A stretch of 64,000 nucleotides of DNA, from NCBI GenBank assembly GCA_035601235.1, contig DATNOR010000007.1, positions 20,959-84,958 of the forward strand, read 5' to 3'. A program made the position numbers and the translations under genes. The notes under the pieces are model-generated. The model was not told where the DNA came from. It saw only the letters and a program-made list of their open reading frames with translations, and did no database searches. Shown in pieces: positions 44,799-52,938 of this stretch; within the stretch, counting starts at the first letter, position 1, and the number at the start of each line of letters is the position of its first letter. This stretch comes from Gemmatimonadales bacterium. GTDB taxonomy: Bacteria > Gemmatimonadota > Gemmatimonadetes > Gemmatimonadales > GWC2-71-9.

Positions 44799-47072
44799 AT
44801 GCGACTCTCCCTGCGGTTCGTGCTTCCCCTGGTCCTCGCGCTCGGCGCCTTCGCATACGCGGCGGTGCCGCTGGTGGACAGGCTCACCCTCCAATGGTTC
44901 GTGCGGGACCTGGACATCCGCGCCAGCCTGATCGCCAGCACTGCGCACGACCCGCTTCAGGATCTGATCCAGACCGGTAACCGGACGCGGATGCTGCAGT
45001 TCTTCAATCGGATCACCCAGGACGAGCGCCTGTTCGCCATGGGCTTCTGCCCCTCGGGCGCCGGACAGCCGGTGATCACGCCCACGCTCCCGGCTCAGAT
45101 CCGGTGCACCGAGCTGGCGTCGTTCGCGTCCGGCCCGGGTCACCTGCTCCGCAGCGCGAACGGTCCACTGCTCGTGTCGTTGCGCCCGCTCGAGGCCGCC
45201 GGCGTTCCCGTCGGGAACCTGGTGGTCGTCCACGACATGAGCTTCATCGCACGCCGCAGCGCGGAGACGCGGAAGTACCTGTACCTGTTCTTCGTCGGGC
45301 TGGGAGCCACGGTGGCGCTGATCACGGTCGTCATCGCCCAGCTGAGCTGGCGCGGCTGGGTCCAGGGGCTGCAGGCGCTGCTGCGGGGCGAGGGCCTGCT
45401 GCGGCCGTCCGACGGACGCGTCGTGGGCGACCTGCCGGAGCTGCGGCCCATCGCCAGCGACCTGCGCGCCCTGATCCGGGACCTCGAGGCGGATCACCGC
45501 TCGCGGGACGAAGACCAGCTCGCCTGGACGCCCGACACGCTCCGCGCCATCCTCCGCAGCGATCTGCCGGGGCACGAGGTGATGGTCGTCTCCAACCGCG
45601 AGCCGTACATCCACGTGCGGCGCGGCGAGATCCTCGCGCTGTGGCGGCCCGCGAGCGGGCTGGTGACCGCCATGGAGCCGATCATGCGCGCCTGCTCGGG
45701 CACCTGGATCGCCCACGGCAGCGGCTCCGCCGACCGCGAGGTGGTCGACGAGCACGCGCACGTGGCCGTGCCGCCGGAGCAGCCGGCGTATCAGCTGCGC
45801 CGCGTCTGGCTGACGCCCGAGCAGGAGGCGGGCTATTACTACGGGTTCGCGAACGAGGGCCTGTGGCCGCTGTGCCATATCGCGCACGTCCGGCCGATCT
45901 TCCGCACGTCCGATTGGGAGCAATACGTGACGGTCAACCGGACGTTCGCCCAGGCCGTGGTGGAAGAAGCCAAGTCCCCCGACCCGATTGTCCTGGTGCA
46001 GGACTACCACTTCGCGCTCTTGCCGAGAATGATCCAGGAGGCTCTGCCGGCCGCGACCATCGTTTCCTTCTGGCACATTCCCTGGCCGAACCCCGAGGCG
46101 TTCGCGATCTGCCCCTGGCGGGAAGAGCTGGTCGACGGCCTGCTGGGCTCGAGCATTCTCGGGTTCCACACACAATTTCACTGCAATAACTTCGTCGACA
46201 CGGTCGACCGCCTGCTGGAGGCGAGGGTCGACCGGGAGATGTTCACCGTCTCCTACCGGGGCAAGCTGACGGCGGTCAAGCGCTACCCGATTTCGATCGA
46301 GTGGCCGCCCTCGCCCGCCCTGCTCGGCAAGCCGGTCGAGCGCTGCCGGCTCGACGTGCGCCAGCGTCACGGCCTGCCGGCGGAGCAGGCGCTCGGGCTC
46401 GGCGTCGACCGCCTCGACTATACGAAGGGCATCGAGGAGCGGCTGCGTGCCGTGGAGCGGCTGCTGGAGATGGAGCCGCAATGGGTCGGCCGGTTCACGT
46501 TCGTCCAGATCGCGGCGCCGACGCGCAACCGGATCGAGCAGTACCAGGAATACGAAGCGCGCGTGCGCGCGATGGCGACACGGATCAACGAGCGCTTCGC
46601 CGGCGCGCCGTATCCGCCGATCGTGCTGCTCGTGGAGCACCATCAGCCGCAGGACATCTACGAGTATTATCGCGCGGCGGACGTGTGCATGGTCACCAGC
46701 CTGCACGACGGCATGAACCTGGTGGCGAAGGAGTTCGTGTCGGCGCGCGACGACGAGCGCGGCGTGCTGATCCTGAGCCAGTTCACCGGCGCCGCGCGGG
46801 AGCTGCCGGAGGCGATCATCGTCAACCCTTACGACACGGATCAGTGCGCGGCGGCGCTTCACATGGCGCTGTCGATGCCGGCGGCAGGGCAGCGCGCCCG
46901 CAGCCGCCTCATGCGCGGCCTGATTCAGGAGTTCAACGTGTACCGCTGGGCGGGGCGCATGCTGATCGATGCGGCGGGCATGCGGCGCCGCGGGCGCCTG
47001 CTGGACCGGGCAGCGAGTCCGGAGCGGCTGTCGCGCCGCGCGGGGGGCCGCGCGCCGAGCCGCGCCACATGA
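44799..47072 (+). CDS. otsA: trehalose-6-phosphate synthase (GT20) with an N-terminal two-TM extracytoplasmic extension of about 255 aa
   Basis: Start at [18 protein letters not shown] (Met127 of track ORF 44421..47072 = 44799). GT20 blocks [61 protein letters not shown]. Confidence 0.9.
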   Translation: MRLSLRFVLPLVLALGAFAYAAVPLVDRLTLQWFVRDLDIRASLIASTAHDPLQDLIQTGNRTRMLQFFNRITQDERLFAMGFCPSGAGQPVITPTLPAQIRCTELASFASGPGHLLRSANGPLLVSLRPLEAAGVPVGNLVVVHDMSFIARRSAETRKYLYLFFVGLGATVALITVVIAQLSWRGWVQGLQALLRGEGLLRPSDGRVVGDLPELRPIASDLRALIRDLEADHRSRDEDQLAWTPDTLRAILRSDLPGHEVMVVSNREPYIHVRRGEILALWRPASGLVTAMEPIMRACSGTWIAHGSGSADREVVDEHAHVAVPPEQPAYQLRRVWLTPEQEAGYYYGFANEGLWPLCHIAHVRPIFRTSDWEQYVTVNRTFAQAVVEEAKSPDPIVLVQDYHFALLPRMIQEALPAATIVSFWHIPWPNPEAFAICPWREELVDGLLGSSILGFHTQFHCNNFVDTVDRLLEARVDREMFTVSYRGKLTAVKRYPISIEWPPSPALLGKPVERCRLDVRQRHGLPAEQALGLGVDRLDYTKGIEERLRAVERLLEMEPQWVGRFTFVQIAAPTRNRIEQYQEYEARVRAMATRINERFAGAPYPPIVLLVEHHQPQDIYEYYRAADVCMVTSLHDGMNLVAKEFVSARDDERGVLILSQFTGAARELPEAIIVNPYDTDQCAAALHMALSMPAAGQRARSRLMRGLIQEFNVYRWAGRMLIDAAGMRRRGRLLDRAASPERLSRRAGGRAPSRAT

Positions 47073-47824
47073 GGCGGCGGCGCGCGCCCTCACTGCCCCC
47101 GCCCCGGCCGGAGTGGGCGTACTTCTTCGACATCGACGGCACATTGGTCGACATCGCGGAGGCCCCCGGGGGGGGCGGTCCCGACGGCCACGTGCAGCAG
47201 CTCATCGTGGATCTGTATCAGGCGACGGGCGGCGCGGTCGCGCTGATCAGCGGCCGCTCGCTTGCACAGATTGACGAACTCGTGCCGGACTTCCGCCTCC
47301 CCGCGGCGGGGCAGCACGGCGTCGAGCGGCGCGACGCCGCAGGCCGCGTCCACCACCACGTCGTGTCGTCGCCCGCACTCGAGGCCGTGCGCCGCGGGCT
47401 CGCGGCCGTCGTGGACCGCCATCCCGGCCTGGTGATCGAGGACAAGGGACTCTCCCTCGCGCTGCACTACCGCCGGGCCCCGCGCCTCGCCGGATACGCC
47501 CACCGCCTGGTCCGCTCGCTCGTGGCCGGGTCCGGCGGAGCGTACGGCGTCCAGGCTGGGAAGCGCGTCGTCGAGATCAAGCCCGCCGGCAAGGACAAGG
47601 GGGTAGCGGTGCTCGAGTTCATGCAGGAGGAGCCGTTCCGCGGGCGAACACCGGTATTCGTCGGCGATGACTCGACCGACGAGCATGCCTTCGTGACCGT
47701 CAACGGCCTGCGCGGCCACTCGGTGAAGGTGGGGCCGGGGCGGACGGCAGCGCGCGGGCGGCTGCGCGACGTGCGCGCCGTGCGCGCCTGGCTCGAGCAG
47801 CGCGCGGCGGAGCTCGCTCGATGA
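47069..47824 (+). CDS. otsB: trehalose-6-phosphate phosphatase (HAD superfamily)
   Basis: ATG 47069 in ATGA overlap with the otsA stop, in frame with track ORF 46301..47824. FFDIDGTL and VFVGDDSTDE HAD motifs. Confidence 0.85.
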   Translation: MRRRRAPSLPPPRPEWAYFFDIDGTLVDIAEAPGGGGPDGHVQQLIVDLYQATGGAVALISGRSLAQIDELVPDFRLPAAGQHGVERRDAAGRVHHHVVSSPALEAVRRGLAAVVDRHPGLVIEDKGLSLALHYRRAPRLAGYAHRLVRSLVAGSGGAYGVQAGKRVVEIKPAGKDKGVAVLEFMQEEPFRGRTPVFVGDDSTDEHAFVTVNGLRGHSVKVGPGRTAARGRLRDVRAVRAWLEQRAAELAR

Positions 47825-49608
47825 GCTCGCTCGATCTCGCCCTGGTCGGGAACGGGACGATCGGCGCCCTGGTGAATCCGCTGAGCGAGGTGGTCTGGGG
47901 CTGCTTTCCGCATTTCGACGGCGACCCGGCGTTCTGCTCCCTGTTGCGGCAGCGGGCGCACGAATCGGACTTCGGATTCTTCGTGGTCGAGCTGACTGAT
48001 GTCGCGCGCGCCGAGCAGGAGTATCTCGTCAACACGCCGATGCTCGTGACCCGACTGTACGACCGCGCTGGGGCGGTCGTCGAGATCAGCGACTTCGCGC
48101 CCCGCTTCCACCAGTACGGCCGGATGTTCTGTCCCATGATGCTGGTGCGGCAGATCAAGCGGATCGCCGGCAATCCCCGTATCCGCGTGCGCCTGCGTCC
48201 CGCCCGGGACTACGGCCGCGCGCCCGCGGAGACCACGTGCGGCTCGAATCACATCCGCTATGCGGGCACGGATCTGGGGCTGCGCCTCACCACGGACGCA
48301 TCGATTGCGGCCCTGGTGGAGGAGAATCCGTTCTATCTGGAGGACACCGTCACCCTGCTGCTCGGACCGGACGAGACGGTGCAGGGCGCCGTGGCGGACG
48401 TGGGCCGCCGCTTCTTCGAAGAGACCGCCGCGTACTGGCGCGACTGGGTGCGCTCGCTCGGCATCCCGTTCGAGTGGCAGGACGCCGTGATCCGCTCGGC
48501 GATCACGCTGCAGCTCAATGTGTTCGAAGACACGGGGGCGATCGTCGCGGCGATGACGACCTCCATTCCCGAAGCGCCGGGCAGCGGCAGGAACTGGGAC
48601 TACCGCCATTGCTGGCTGCGCGACGCGTACTTCGTGGTCAATGCCCTCAACCGACTCGGGGCCACCCGTACCATGGAGCGCTATCTCGGCTACATCGTCA
48701 ACGTTGTGGCCGGCTCGGCCGACGGCCGGCTGCAGCCCGTCTATGGCCTCACCGGCCGGGCGGTCCCCGACGAGCGGTCGATCGATTCCCTGCCCGGCTA
48801 TCGCGGCATGGGCCCGGTGCGGGTCGGGAATCAGGCGTACCGGCAGGTGCAGCACGACGTCTATGGCGCGGCCATCCTCGCCGCCACCCACGTGTTCTTC
48901 GACCGCCGCCTGGTGCAACGCGGCGACGACGTCCTGTTCCGTCGGCTCGAAACGCTCGGGGACCACGCCGCGCGTCTGTTCGACCAGCCGGACGCTGGGC
49001 TCTGGGAGCTGCGCGGCAAACCGCGCGTGCACACCTTCTCCAGCGTGATGTGCTGGGCCGGGTGCGACCGCCTGGCGAAAATCGCCGCGCATCTGGGGCT
49101 GGCCGAGCGTGCGGCGTACTGGACCGACCAGGCCGCGCGCATCCACCAGGTGATCGACGAGCGGTGCTGGAGCGCCGGGCGAGGCAGCTTCGTCGCCACG
49201 ATGGATGGCGATACGCTGGACGCGAGCCTGCTGCGGCTGAACGAGCTCGGCTTCCTGGCGGACGACGACCCGCGCTTCGCGGGCACCGTGACCGCCATCG
49301 AGCGCGAGCTGCGACGCGGCGACTTCATTTTCCGATATGTCGAGCAGGACGACTTCGGAACGCCGGAGAACGCCTTTCTGGTCTGCACCTTCTGGTACAT
49401 CAACGCGCTCTCCGCCATCGGACGGCGCGACGAGGCGCGGGCGCTGTTCGAAAACGTGCTCGCCTGCTGCAACCGCCACGGCCTGCTCGCCGAGCACGTG
49501 GATCCGCGCACCCGGGAGCAGTGGGGCAACTTCGTCCAGACCTACAGCATGGTCGGCCTCATCGGCTCGGCGATCCGGCTGTCGCGGCGGTGGGATCAGG
49601 CATTCTGA
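47821..49608 (+). CDS. glycoside hydrolase family 15 protein (glucoamylase/trehalase-like)
   Basis: 595-aa ORF in ATGA overlap with otsB. NWDYRHCWLRDA and FLVCTFWYINAL blocks are typical of bacterial GH15 proteins found beside otsBA. Confidence 0.88.
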   Translation: MSSLDLALVGNGTIGALVNPLSEVVWGCFPHFDGDPAFCSLLRQRAHESDFGFFVVELTDVARAEQEYLVNTPMLVTRLYDRAGAVVEISDFAPRFHQYGRMFCPMMLVRQIKRIAGNPRIRVRLRPARDYGRAPAETTCGSNHIRYAGTDLGLRLTTDASIAALVEENPFYLEDTVTLLLGPDETVQGAVADVGRRFFEETAAYWRDWVRSLGIPFEWQDAVIRSAITLQLNVFEDTGAIVAAMTTSIPEAPGSGRNWDYRHCWLRDAYFVVNALNRLGATRTMERYLGYIVNVVAGSADGRLQPVYGLTGRAVPDERSIDSLPGYRGMGPVRVGNQAYRQVQHDVYGAAILAATHVFFDRRLVQRGDDVLFRRLETLGDHAARLFDQPDAGLWELRGKPRVHTFSSVMCWAGCDRLAKIAAHLGLAERAAYWTDQAARIHQVIDERCWSAGRGSFVATMDGDTLDASLLRLNELGFLADDDPRFAGTVTAIERELRRGDFIFRYVEQDDFGTPENAFLVCTFWYINALSAIGRRDEARALFENVLACCNRHGLLAEHVDPRTREQWGNFVQTYSMVGLIGSAIRLSRRWDQAF

Positions 49609-49680
49609 ACGCGGAACGCGGAAGTGGGAACGCGGAACATCCGAGCCTGTTCCGCGTTCCGCGTTCCGACTTCCGCGTTC
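49607..49680. repeat. heptamer-built inverted repeat (family 3, GAACGCG units); candidate bidirectional terminator
   Basis: Left arm at 49607-49639 (GAACGCGGAACGCGGAAGTGGGAACGCGGAACA), 8-nt loop, right arm at 49648-49680. The inner 13 bp and outer 10 bp pair perfectly. The arms touch both convergent stop codons (49606-08 and 49679-81). Confidence 0.75.
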
Positions 49681-51331
49681 ACCGAAGGTGAGTAGTCCCC
49701 TCCAGCGCCAGCGCCACCCCGTTCGTCCATCCGAACCCATCCTGCGTGGGGTACTCGCCCCCGCCCGCCCGCCGCCGCAAGTCGACCACGTCGTACTTCT
49801 CCGTCATCTTGCCCGTCGCCTGATAGGTGCGCCGGTTCAGGGCGAGCCAGCGGTCGCGCGCCCGCGTGGCGAGGTCCGTCCGCCCGTAGCGGCGCACCCC
49901 TTCGATCGCCAGCCACTCGAGCGGCGCCCACCCGTTGGGGGCGTCCCACTGCTGTCCCGACGCAATCAGCGTCGGTACGAATCCGCCCGGCTTCAGGAAG
50001 TCCCGCTGCAGCCGCGCCGCCACCGCACGCCCCTGCTCCGGCGTGGCGAGCCCGAAGTACAGCGGAGCCGCGGCCGCGATGGTGGGGCGATCCGCCACCC
50101 GCGCGCCGCTCTGCCAGCGCACGTCGTAGAAGAATCCCGTGGCGGGATCGTACGCGGCCGCGAGCAGCGCCCGACGCCGGTCCTGGGCCGCGCGGGCGAA
50201 CCGCTCCGCGACCTCCCGGTCGCCCGGTCGCCCTCGGACGCGCCGCAGCGCGGTGATCGTCACCTCGGCATGATAGAGAAGACTGTTCAGGTCCACCGGG
50301 ACGAGCTGCGTCGTTTCCAGGGTCCGCAGGTCCTTCGGGTCGCGCATCCAGCGGCTCGAGAAGTCCCAGCCGCTTTCCGCCGTGGCCCGGAGGTTCCGAT
50401 ACAGCGCGTCGCGTTGCCCCTCGGGAACGGTCTGGGCCAGCTCGTAGTCGGGGCGATACGACTCGGGCCGGGGCTCAGCGCGGTCGTCCCAGTAGCGGTT
50501 CAGCACTGATCCATCGGGCAGCCGGACGACTCGGGCGTACGCCTGAGCCGGCGCGAGACGCTCCGCGCCATCCATCCAGAACGCATGCTCCGCCTCGAGG
50601 GCGTCGAGGTAGCGCAGCGCCTGGGTGGTGTCGGTGGCCGTGGCGTAGAGCCCGACCATAGCCGCGAAGTAGGGCGGCTGGCTGCGACTGAGATAGTAGG
50701 TCCGGTTGCCGTTGGGGATGTGCCCGATCGTCTCGACCAGATACGCGAAGTTGTCGAGCATGTTGCGCACCAGGTCGGTGCGACCGCTGGCGACGAGCCC
50801 CAGCATCGTGAAGTAGGAGTCCCAATAATAGATCTCACGGAAGCGGCCGCCCGGCACGACGTACGGGTGCGGCAGCGGGATCAGCGACGAGCGCGTGTCC
50901 GCGGTGTCGGGCGGCCGCGTGAGCACGGGCCAGAGCGCCCGGATGTGGTCTTCCATAGTCCGCGAGCGGGAGACGCCCGGCGCGACGCCTGCTCCGACCG
51001 GCTGGGGCAGCTGGAACTGCCGCTCCACGAACGCCCGGAGGTCGAACCCGGCCACAGTGTGCGCCGAGTCGTAGCGCGCGGCGATCACGCTCGGCGGGAA
51101 GAGCGGCCGGGCGTCGACGAAGGTCTTCGAGTCCGGGAAGATGCCCGACAGCTGGACGGCCTGGAATAGGGATCCGAGGTCGTGAGCCGGGTCGTAAAAG
51201 GCAGGTTGGTGGAGGTTAGGGAAGGTTTTGGAGGTTGTGCATGTCGAAGTGCACGCGGCCGAGACCGCAAGGAGCAGCCTCCTCCAACCTCCCCAACCTC
51301 CCCTAACCTCCCCCAACCTTGCTGTTCTCAT
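49679..51331 (-). CDS. treA: alpha,alpha-trehalase (GH37), exported
   Basis: GH37 blocks PGGRFREIYYWDSYF, QWDAPNGWAPLEW, GGGEYPTQDGFGWTNG. Start placed at ATG 51331 (Met6 of the track ORF), in ATGA overlap with the upstream symporter stop. Confidence 0.9.
   Translation of the reverse strand: MRTARLGEVRGGWGGWRRLLLAVSAACTSTCTTSKTFPNLHQPAFYDPAHDLGSLFQAVQLSGIFPDSKTFVDARPLFPPSVIAARYDSAHTVAGFDLRAFVERQFQLPQPVGAGVAPGVSRSRTMEDHIRALWPVLTRPPDTADTRSSLIPLPHPYVVPGGRFREIYYWDSYFTMLGLVASGRTDLVRNMLDNFAYLVETIGHIPNGNRTYYLSRSQPPYFAAMVGLYATATDTTQALRYLDALEAEHAFWMDGAERLAPAQAYARVVRLPDGSVLNRYWDDRAEPRPESYRPDYELAQTVPEGQRDALYRNLRATAESGWDFSSRWMRDPKDLRTLETTQLVPVDLNSLLYHAEVTITALRRVRGRPGDREVAERFARAAQDRRRALLAAAYDPATGFFYDVRWQSGARVADRPTIAAAAPLYFGLATPEQGRAVAARLQRDFLKPGGFVPTLIASGQQWDAPNGWAPLEWLAIEGVRRYGRTDLATRARDRWLALNRRTYQATGKMTEKYDVVDLRRRAGGGEYPTQDGFGWTNGVALALEGTTHLR
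51203..51319. repeat. inverted repeat of CAACCTCC-type units (family 2) inside the 5' coding region of treA
   Basis: Left arm at 51203-51237 (AGGTTGGTGGAGGTTAGGGAAGGTTTTGGAGGTTG). Right arm at 51279-51319 (…CAACCTCCCCAACCTCCCCTAACCTCCCCCAACCT). By my alignment, 31 of 35 positions are complementary. Spacer 41 nt. Confidence 0.8.
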
Positions 51332-52938
51332 CTGAACACGATCCACAACACGCCGAGCAGGATCGCGAGCAACACCGAGAGCCCGATTTCAAACCTCCGT
51401 GCGCCAGCCGTCTCGCCCACGGCCGGCTTGCCGTAGGTGTAGGTCAGGCCTTCGGTCTTCTCGGGGCTCGGCGGCGGCGTCATCAGGCTCACGACGAACA
51501 GCACGACGGTGCAGATGACGAACAGCAGCACCGCGAAGTGCAGGAAGTTGATCGTCGCGATCCAGTGCCATAGCGTGCCGGGCTCGAGCCCGCCCGACGC
51601 CTTGTTCGTCAGCTCGAGTACGAGTCGCAGGACGCCGAGCACGAGACCGGTGAGGAGCGACGCTATTGCGCCCGAGCCGTTGAGCCGCCGATAGAACAGA
51701 CCGAGCAGGAAGCAGGCGGCGATCGGCGGAGCGATGTACGCCTGCACGCTTTGCAGGTAGATGTAGATCTGCGACGAGATGTACTTCATGAAGGGAATCC
51801 ACAGCAGTCCCAGGAACACCATCGCGGCCGCGGACATCCGGCCGACGCGCACGAGCTGCTGCTCGCTCGCGCTGGGCCGCATCTTCCGATACACGTCCCA
51901 CGTGAGGAGCGTCGAGCACGCGTTGAACGCCGAGGCGAGCGAGCTCATCAGCGCCGCGAGCATTCCCGCCAGCACCAGCCCCTTGGCTCCGTCCGGCAAG
52001 AGCCGCGTCACGAGTGTGGGATACGCCGAGTCGGGGTTTGAGTGGATGTCGGTGAACAGCGCCGCTGCGACCACGCCGGGCAGGACGAAAATGAACACGG
52101 GAAGAATCTTGAGATAACCGGCGAAGATCGTTCCGGTGCGCGCCTGGGTGATGCTCTTCGCCGCCAGCACGCGCTGAACGATGTGCTGGTCGGTACACCA
52201 ATACCAGATGCCGAGGATCGGCGCGCCGAACACGATGCCGGTCCACGGGAAGTCCGGGTGATTGGACGGTTTCCACATCGAGAAGAAGCCGGCGGGGACT
52301 TTCGCCTCGAGTCCCGAGAACCCTCCGACGCGCGAGAGGCCGATCGCCATCAGCGTCACGGAGCCGAGGATGAGCACGATCGCCTGCAGCACCTCGGTGT
52401 AGACGACGGCGCGCAGTCCACCGAAGATCGTGTACAGTCCCGTGACGACGATGAGCACGATCGCCGCCGTGTAGAAATCCCATCCGGTGACGGCGCGGAT
52501 CACGACGCCGCCGGCGTACAGCGTCACGCTGATCTTCGTGAGTACGTAGCCGATCACCGAGACCCACGTGAAGTACGTGCGTGCGGCCGGGTTGAAGCGG
52601 CGCTCCAGAAACTCGGGCATGGTGTATACGCCACTGCGCAGATAGAACGGCGTGAACAACCAGCCCAGGAGCAGCAGGATGAGGCAGGCGAGCCACTCGA
52701 AGTGGCCCACCGCGAGCCCGCTCGCCGCCCCGGTGCCCGCGAGGCCGACCAGATGCTCGCTCCCGATGTTCGACGCGAACAGGCTCGCCCCCACCGCGAA
52801 CCAGCCCACGTCCCGGCTCGCCAGGAAGTAGTCGGCGCTCACGTTCTTTTCGCGCCGCGCGGCCCAGTAGCCGATCCCGAGCAACACCAGGAAGTACCCG
52901 GCGATCACGATGAGGTCGAACAGGTGGAGGTTGCTCAT
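51328..52938 (-). CDS. sodium:solute symporter (SSS/SGLT-like) family transporter
   Basis: Start at MSNLHLFDLIVIAGYFL (Met41 of track ORF 51328..53058 = 52938), in ATGA overlap with the upstream gene. 13-14 TM segments and typical SSS blocks (GGLRAVVYTEVLQ). Confidence 0.9.
   Translation of the reverse strand: MSNLHLFDLIVIAGYFLVLLGIGYWAARREKNVSADYFLASRDVGWFAVGASLFASNIGSEHLVGLAGTGAASGLAVGHFEWLACLILLLLGWLFTPFYLRSGVYTMPEFLERRFNPAARTYFTWVSVIGYVLTKISVTLYAGGVVIRAVTGWDFYTAAIVLIVVTGLYTIFGGLRAVVYTEVLQAIVLILGSVTLMAIGLSRVGGFSGLEAKVPAGFFSMWKPSNHPDFPWTGIVFGAPILGIWYWCTDQHIVQRVLAAKSITQARTGTIFAGYLKILPVFIFVLPGVVAAALFTDIHSNPDSAYPTLVTRLLPDGAKGLVLAGMLAALMSSLASAFNACSTLLTWDVYRKMRPSASEQQLVRVGRMSAAAMVFLGLLWIPFMKYISSQIYIYLQSVQAYIAPPIAACFLLGLFYRRLNGSGAIASLLTGLVLGVLRLVLELTNKASGGLEPGTLWHWIATINFLHFAVLLFVICTVVLFVVSLMTPPPSPEKTEGLTYTYGKPAVGETAGARRFEIGLSVLLAILLGVLWIVFR

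Noticed and set aside
49607-49680. Whether any of the repeated short motifs (GAACGCG arrays, CAACCTCC arrays, CCCCTCTCC hairpins) could be a CRISPR array.
   Set aside because: There are no regularly spaced direct repeats separated by unique spacers of similar length. The units are 7-10 nt, tandem or inverted, and there are no cas genes in the window.
44685-49740. Two long antisense ORFs (44685..47144, 819 aa; 47467..49740, 757 aa) opposite otsA, otsB and GH15.
   Set aside because: Same degenerate high-GC shadow composition. The sense-strand proteins match GT20, HAD and GH15 motifs block by block.
51280-51331. Twin-arginine (Tat) signal or lipobox in the treA N-terminus (GWRRLLLAVSAAC).
   Set aside because: RR is present but the S/T-R-R-x-F-L-K context is missing. 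The residues before Cys (S-A-A) do not fit the L-[AS]-[GA]-C lipobox well. I call it only a signal-peptide-like region.
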